Positions 13,301 through 20,000 of a stretch of DNA of 20,000 nt are shown here, piece by piece. Under the pieces are notes generated by a model, which was given only the letters and a program-made list of their open reading frames with translations, was not told where the DNA came from and did not search any database. Location: the NCBI GenBank assembly GCA_000442015.1, contig KE561130.1, positions 48,742-68,741 of the forward strand, in the 5' to 3' direction. How positions within the stretch are numbered: position 1 is the stretch's first letter; each line of letters starts with the position of its first letter. This DNA comes from Rozella allomycis CSF55. Its lineage: Eukaryota. Position numbers and translations under genes: made by a program.

Positions 13301-14638
13301 CTACTTTCAACTAAAAACAAACCCCGGCAGTTGGTTCATTTCACTTTGCAATGGAAAATCATCCGATTTCTTCTCTATAACTTTTCCCACAAATATTCTA
13401 GTAAATAAATTTCATGGATCATCCGTCTTACTAAAATTAAAACGCAACAAGGGAAAAGAATATTTAGACTTTAACAAAGAACCTTCAAATGTTTCCATCT
13501 GGAAATTTCTTGCAAATAAAATTCCATTCTTGAAAAATGAAAATAAATCAAAAGCAGAAATTAACATTTTTTCTGTTGCGTCTGGCCATCTTTATGAACG
13601 AATGCTAAGAATTATGATCAAAAGCGTTGTTTCCAACACAAAGTCTTCTGTCAAGTTTTGGTTCATTGAAAGCTTTCTTTCCCCAACATTCAAAGTATTT
13701 CAACTAATCTCATTTAACTAGAAAACAATCCCCTTCTTGGCTAAAGAATACAATTTCATCTATGAAATGGTGGCTTATAAGTGGCCCACGTGGCTTAGAG
13801 ATCAGAAAGAAAAACAAAGAAAAATTTGGGGCTACAAAATTTTATTTCTCGATGTTCTTTTTCCTCTAGATCTCGATAAAATAATCTTCGTTGACGCAGA
13901 TCAAGTAAATTTCTCAATCTATTTATATCTTGATTGTTAGGGCGGATCTTAAAGAATTAATTAATTTAGATCTCCATGGGGCTCCTTACGCCTTCACTCC
14001 GTTTTGCGACTCTAGAGAAGACATGCAAAATTTTAGATTCTGGAATCATGGCTACTGGAAATCTTTCCTCGGCGATAATTTAAAATACCACATTAGGTAC
14101 AAAATTATGTCTCCTTAAATCTAAGCGCCCTGTTTGTCGTTGATCTAAAAAGATTCAGAGAAATTGCGGCAGGCGATTTGTTGCGCCAAACTTACCACTC
14201 TCTATCGCTAGATCCCAATTCTTTGGCAAATCTAGATCAAGATCTACCAAATCACATGCAACAATTTGGTCTTAAAATTCATTCTCTCCCTCAAGAATGG
14301 CTGTGGTGCGAAACTTGGTGTGACGACAAATCTCTTTCAACTGCAAAAACAATCGATCTCGTAATCAAACTCTTTCACTCTTATAGTGCAACAATCCAAA
14401 AACTAAAGAGCCAAAACTGGATCGTGCAAGACGCTTAATTCCTGAATGGAACATTTACGACAATGAACTCACAAATCTACTACTATTCATTCAAAAAGCA
14501 CTTGAAATTTACCCTCAAAATTATTTATTAGAAAACTGGAATTATATTCGCCAAAATAAATTTCATCTTGAACTTTATCCCGCTGTCTACAATTTTAAGC
14601 CCCATCTCAGCCACTTTTTAAGATGGACTCGAGACTGA
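10393..14638 (+). CDS. UGGT: UDP-glucose:glycoprotein glucosyltransferase; true C-terminus probably HLEL at 14575, first genomic stop 14636-14638
   Basis: Signal peptide, [17 protein letters not shown]24 motifs [63 protein letters not shown]. Introns 11307-11332, 11538-11563, 11957-11982, 12939-12964, 13695-13721, 13905-13932 (GT-TG), 14097-14125, 14361-14386. Confidence 0.94.
12429..12612 (+). repeat. Coding tandem repeats within UGGT (24-nt x2; 21-nt x2.3)
   Basis: TGAAAAGTGGTGTA(C/T)TAAAA(G/A)TGG at 12429-12476; TTCTACTATACCTGCTAATGA at 12564-12612. Confidence 0.9.
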
Positions 14639-15687
14639 GACCACAAAGTGACTCATTCTTAAACAACTTTTTTCTACATGCCCCTTCTCCAAAATCAAAC
14701 TCTGCTCTCGATGACTTCATTTCTCAATATTCTGGAACTCGCTCTTCAACGCCAGTCGAAAAATTTTTACAGAGACCTCAAACAGAAATGATATCCAAAA
14801 ATGACTCTACAAACTTTGATAAATTATTCGATGATTTAAAATATCACGAAAATATGTTCCAAACAATGGCAAAAGCTAGACTTTGTCACACCTTCCAAGA
14901 AGAACTAAATGATATCAATGTTTGGTTCAAAGTACTGTCAGATGCTGAAAAAATAACTCTTATCTATTCTCTTATTCATCATTTAAGCCCTTTACACACA
15001 GTAACAACCATCACTATATATAATTATAGCGCTTTTTGAGTTCCGTTTTGCTTCGTGTAAATAACGAAATTCCAACACCCGCAGAATCTCCAATATCGAG
15101 AAACAGTATTCTTTCCTTAATATTCAATAATAGATGAAGAAAAAACCAACAGTTTACGGACTGGAAGTTTAAAACGGCTCAGTAGTCGCCTCTACGATAG
15201 ATCAGTAACTTCCTTGATGGAATGTAAGATTTACATGATTTTAAAAGTAGCACTATCATTCGAAGAGACTCAATACAGCGTGAATAGCAATACTAATATT
15301 CTCAAACGTCACATCCCGTCACCAATTGCAAGGCCTGATTCTTGTAAAACAAAGACAATGGAAAGACAAATGAAAAATAGTTGCTTAAAAATCTCTTTAA
15401 GAGATGAGGAAAAAAGCGAAGAATGCGATAAGCGTGAAAAAGGAAAAATTCCAGATTCAATTGATTTGGATCTTTTGGAAGGTAAAATCTCTTGCTTTAT
15501 TTTCATAGACGTCCCTGCATGGCTTAGATCCTTAAGATTGCACAAGTATTCGCCAATTTTTGAAAAAATGAACTGGAAATCCATGATATACTTGACAGAT
15601 GAACAACTTGAAGCGATGGGAGTGTCTGCTCTGGGAGCAAGGCGCAAGATGCTTAAAGTATTTGATAAAATCAAAGAACAAATTTAA
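14623..15687 (+). CDS. VTS1: Vts1/Smaug-family SAM-domain RNA-binding protein
   Basis: [10 protein letters not shown] region and SAM domain [14 protein letters not shown]...[11 protein letters not shown]. Introns 15001-15029, 15106-15133, probably 15224-15250, and 15482-15508. Confidence 0.9.
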
Positions 15688-15752
15688 TCCATTAACTTTT
15701 AATAAAACATTTATTTTAATTATATCTTACAGGGTTTTGTTTCCGAATTTTC

Positions 15753-17102
<1,350 letters not shown>

Positions 17103-17147
17103 TAACTAATAAACATTTTTAATTTTCATATTGTCGGAAATTTTAGA

Positions 17148-17669
17148 ATGGGTGAAGTTATAACTTTTCTTATCGCCTTGCTTTTGGTTACGGTCTTACT
17201 TTTTGCCATGATCTTTTTTGTAAGTGATTTTTAAAAATAAAATTATAGGTTATAATGTATTCCGATTTAGAGTGCGACTATATGAACCCTATCGACTTGT
17301 GCAACAAATTAAATCCGGTAATAGTCTAATATGATATATACGCTAGTATATCATTCCTGAAATACTAGCTCACGGAACTCTTACGATAATTTTGTTTATA
17401 GGCTTTTATTGGGTGCCAGTTCTTTGGAATATTCCTCTTTTGGCATATCATATATATTGGTAAAATGGAAAATAATAATTTAAAAGCATTGCTAATGGCA
17501 GACACATGTTAGATGCAACTGAAATTTTCAGGAGACTACCGGAAAGGAAGCGGGAAGCGTTTGTAAAGCTAGGATTCTACTTGCTGTCCTTCTTTTATTA
17601 CATTTATCGGTAATACATACCTACTTACTTCTTAATAGTATGATATTAGGTTTGATGGACTTGAAATGA
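17148..17669 (+). CDS. ERV14: Cornichon-family ER cargo receptor, missed by the ORF track
   Basis: [50 protein letters not shown]. Introns 17220-17248, 17318-17346, 17460-17486, 17610-17638. Confidence 0.95.
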
Positions 17670-18090
17670 CACGCTCTAAATAAATTAATCCTTCAATCAC
17701 GTATATTTTATTTGACATTTTTTTGGGAAATATTAATGCAGGCCTATGCCCTATTAATTCAGAAATAATTCAGATAATCGATTTTATAAAAGACATAGAG
17801 CATCTCAAAAATCTTTCCGGCAATTTTCTAGAGAGATTTCTTATCACGTATCAAGTCCAAGGCTCAAATTTTATATTGAATTGAGCCATCCAAGCGTTTG
17901 AAGAAATGTCATTTATTGTGTTGGAGACGATTCAGTAGTAAGTACACTGTTAAATGTGGTGGTCGACTCAAGCTGTTGCTGTGTCAATATAATATGTATT
18001 ATGTAATTATATGATTACAATAATATGATAAATGTGTTCAGACAAATATGTAAGAAGTAAATCTATTTTTACAAGGGTGGGTTAGCAAAA

Positions 18091-18780
18091 ATGTTTGAAG
18101 ACCCAGATGAACTATTTAATCCCTCGCTGGAAGCCAAATTAAATTTTTATGATAAGCTCCAAGATATAATCAAAAGGTATGATAAGGAATTCGATAACGA
18201 CGATATCATTGATCTCGAAACAATGCAAGTTATAGAAGACAACGGGGCTTTAAAAGGACAAGAAGAAAGACCTTTTGGAAGTTTTATGATTTTTAATGGC
18301 AACGGTGAGAGTGATTCAGATGACGAAAGCACATTGTCGAGCTATGACAACGATACAGAGGCGAATGTTAACCTTCTAGAAGACAATGCCAATTTGAAAG
18401 AAAAACAGAATATAGATATTAAACAAGAAATATTAAAAGGCCAAAGGGAAGAAACCCCAGAAGATGAAACAGATTTTTGGACGGTTGGTCTTTCAGCAAA
18501 GCGAAAGAAAGAATTTAAACAATCAGAAGGCACTAAAAAAATTAAACCAACATCAAAGAAACATTTAGAAACCCCCAAAAAGACTAATGCAATATGCAAC
18601 GAGAAAAGTGCTGATCAGGAAAACTTGGAAAAAGTCGGCGATTACCAAACTTCATCAAAGAAGATAAAGAACACTGCATTCAATGATACAACTACACCTG
18701 TTCCAGATCCTAAACTAATGCGACATATGGAACTATTGGCTAAAATCCACACACCACTGAGATCTTTAAGAACTGTGTAA
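18091..18780 (+). CDS. SCM3: Scm3/HJURP-domain CENP-A chaperone candidate (intronless)
   Basis: KLQDIIKRYDKEFDNDDIIDLETMQVIEDNG fits the Scm3 pattern I..KY...D.IDL.TG.IV.DNGH, followed by acidic and basic low-complexity sequence. AATAAA lies downstream. Confidence 0.75.
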   Translation: MFEDPDELFNPSLEAKLNFYDKLQDIIKRYDKEFDNDDIIDLETMQVIEDNGALKGQEERPFGSFMIFNGNGESDSDDESTLSSYDNDTEANVNLLEDNANLKEKQNIDIKQEILKGQREETPEDETDFWTVGLSAKRKKEFKQSEGTKKIKPTSKKHLETPKKTNAICNEKSADQENLEKVGDYQTSSKKIKNTAFNDTTTPVPDPKLMRHMELLAKIHTPLRSLRTV

Positions 18781-18941
18781 CTATATTATTTTTGCTGTTT
18801 TTGATTAATATTAATAAATAATACAATCAATGATTTGGCCAGTGAGGTATCAATTTTGTTTATTGCTTTCTTTTGTATACCGTATATGGTCCCTCAAATA
18901 CCACAGCGATTGTAAGGACAATCAAAGGACTTACATCATAG

Positions 18942-19532
18942 TGTAAGGATANCGACAATTTAAAATCCACCAGACCATGTAAGAAACTAGATTTACAGTT
19001 TATTAGACCGTTTAATATTCTAGAACAGATTAATCAAGTTACTTACAAGTTGAAGTTACCGCCTGAGTACCGCATTCACAATGTTTTCCATGTATCCTTA
19101 CTAGAACCATTTAATCCTTCTAAACAATTTTTAAAGAAAGAAAAATTCATAGATTAACCTTTGTTTAGTTAACACAGAAAATTTACTACAACCTGAAGCT
19201 ATCTTAGATTCTAAATTTATTAATGATAGGTTACATTATCTAATTCAGGGAAAGAATCAACCACCATCAGAAAGAAGTTGGGAAAATATTGATACTTTAA
19301 AGAATTTTGCATCACTCATTGATAACTTTCACAAATCCAAAAGAAATCCTAGAAGAGGGGGTGATGTAAGGATACCCTTACATAAGCATGTAACTCTTAG
19401 ATTTCCTGATCATCGATAATCGATTGAAGCTTAAGGAAACAATATAAATAAAATCACTGAATACAAGACCCCAGTCTTGTTAATTCAGACTTTTAAATTA
19501 GTTTCTAATTTAATTGACAAGTATTTCTTACA
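18942..19532 (+). mobile_element. Degenerate Ty3/Gypsy chromovirus LTR retrotransposon, interior lost at an N gap
   Basis: LTR start TGTAAGGATA at 18942, then N at 18952. Integrase C-terminus KKLD..FIRPF..YKLKLP..RIHNVFHVSLLEP. Chromodomain PEAILDSK...HYLI..K......SWE. In-frame stop and frameshift between them. Polypurine tract AGAAGAGGGGG 19351-19361. Confidence 0.9.
19365..19532 (+). repeat. 3' LTR (~168 bp)
   Basis: Starts TGTAAGGATAC just after the PPT and ends GTATTTCTTACA (imperfect terminal inverted repeat). Contains TATAAA and AATAAA. Confidence 0.8.
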
Positions 19533-19636
19533 ACAACCTTCACAACAACAGGACCTGAAATTAAATATTACTTCGAATATTGAAGGTTGTGAATTCACTG
19601 ACTAAATTTGGGAGAAAACAGAAGCAAAAAATGGTT

Positions 19637-19694
19637 ACATACACACACACACAGACAGACACACAGACACACACACACACATACACAGACACAC
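19637..19694. repeat. (CA)n microsatellite with CAGA/CATA interruptions
   Basis: Directly visible CACACA...CAGACA run. Confidence 0.95.
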
Positions 19695-20000
19695 CACTCG
19701 ACAACCCCCTGGTCAGCGATGTAAATCGCTAAAGGTGAGTGTATATTCGAAGTGAAAATGGCATTAACTCAACTTGCCAATAATCGTTTCTGAAGTCCGG
19801 GTCGTAAACTCCCCGTCAGATAAAATTTACAGGTCTTCTTATTTTAGCAACTCTTTAACGTTTCTAGCTTTGGTTCCTTAAAATTTAGGAAAAACGTAAG
19901 TTTTTCCGAATATTACCGAATTCCGAATATTACCTGTCGTACCAGGGATTCTCATCCCACTTCACAGAGGGATTCTCATCCCACCTTCCTTAGAATAATT

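Noticed and set aside
19904-19984. CRISPR-like array
   Set aside because: Only two copies per repeat, 3-7 nt spacers, eukaryotic context and no cas genes.

Overview
Extremely compact, AT-rich eukaryotic gene array. About 57 hand-spliced spliceosomal introns are nearly all 26-32 nt, and many intergenic gaps are under 150 nt. This architecture suggests an early-diverging fungus such as Rozella/Cryptomycota (inference). Genes in order: SHMT 3' end, MTQ2/N6AMT1, RPL29 (with a snR54-like C/D snoRNA in a 5'-UTR intron), RPN11, PIG-L/GPI12, PP1, MFSD1-like transporter, an unknown Cys-rich secreted protein, mitochondrial Hsp70, UGGT, VTS1, ARP1 centractin, ERV14/cornichon and an intronless Scm3-domain protein. 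A decayed chromodomain Ty3/Gypsy element and simple repeats follow. Best leads: (1) UGGT has no stop after an ER-retention-like HLEL, and a stop could be created by polyadenylation 16-17 nt after an AATAAA. (2) UGGT needs a non-canonical GT-TG micro-intron in its catalytic domain. (3) 3' splice sites appear to be chosen by length. (4) A TTACA(A)GGG(T) motif recurs close to start codons. Leads 1 and 2 could each be a single-base assembly error and need read or RNA checks.
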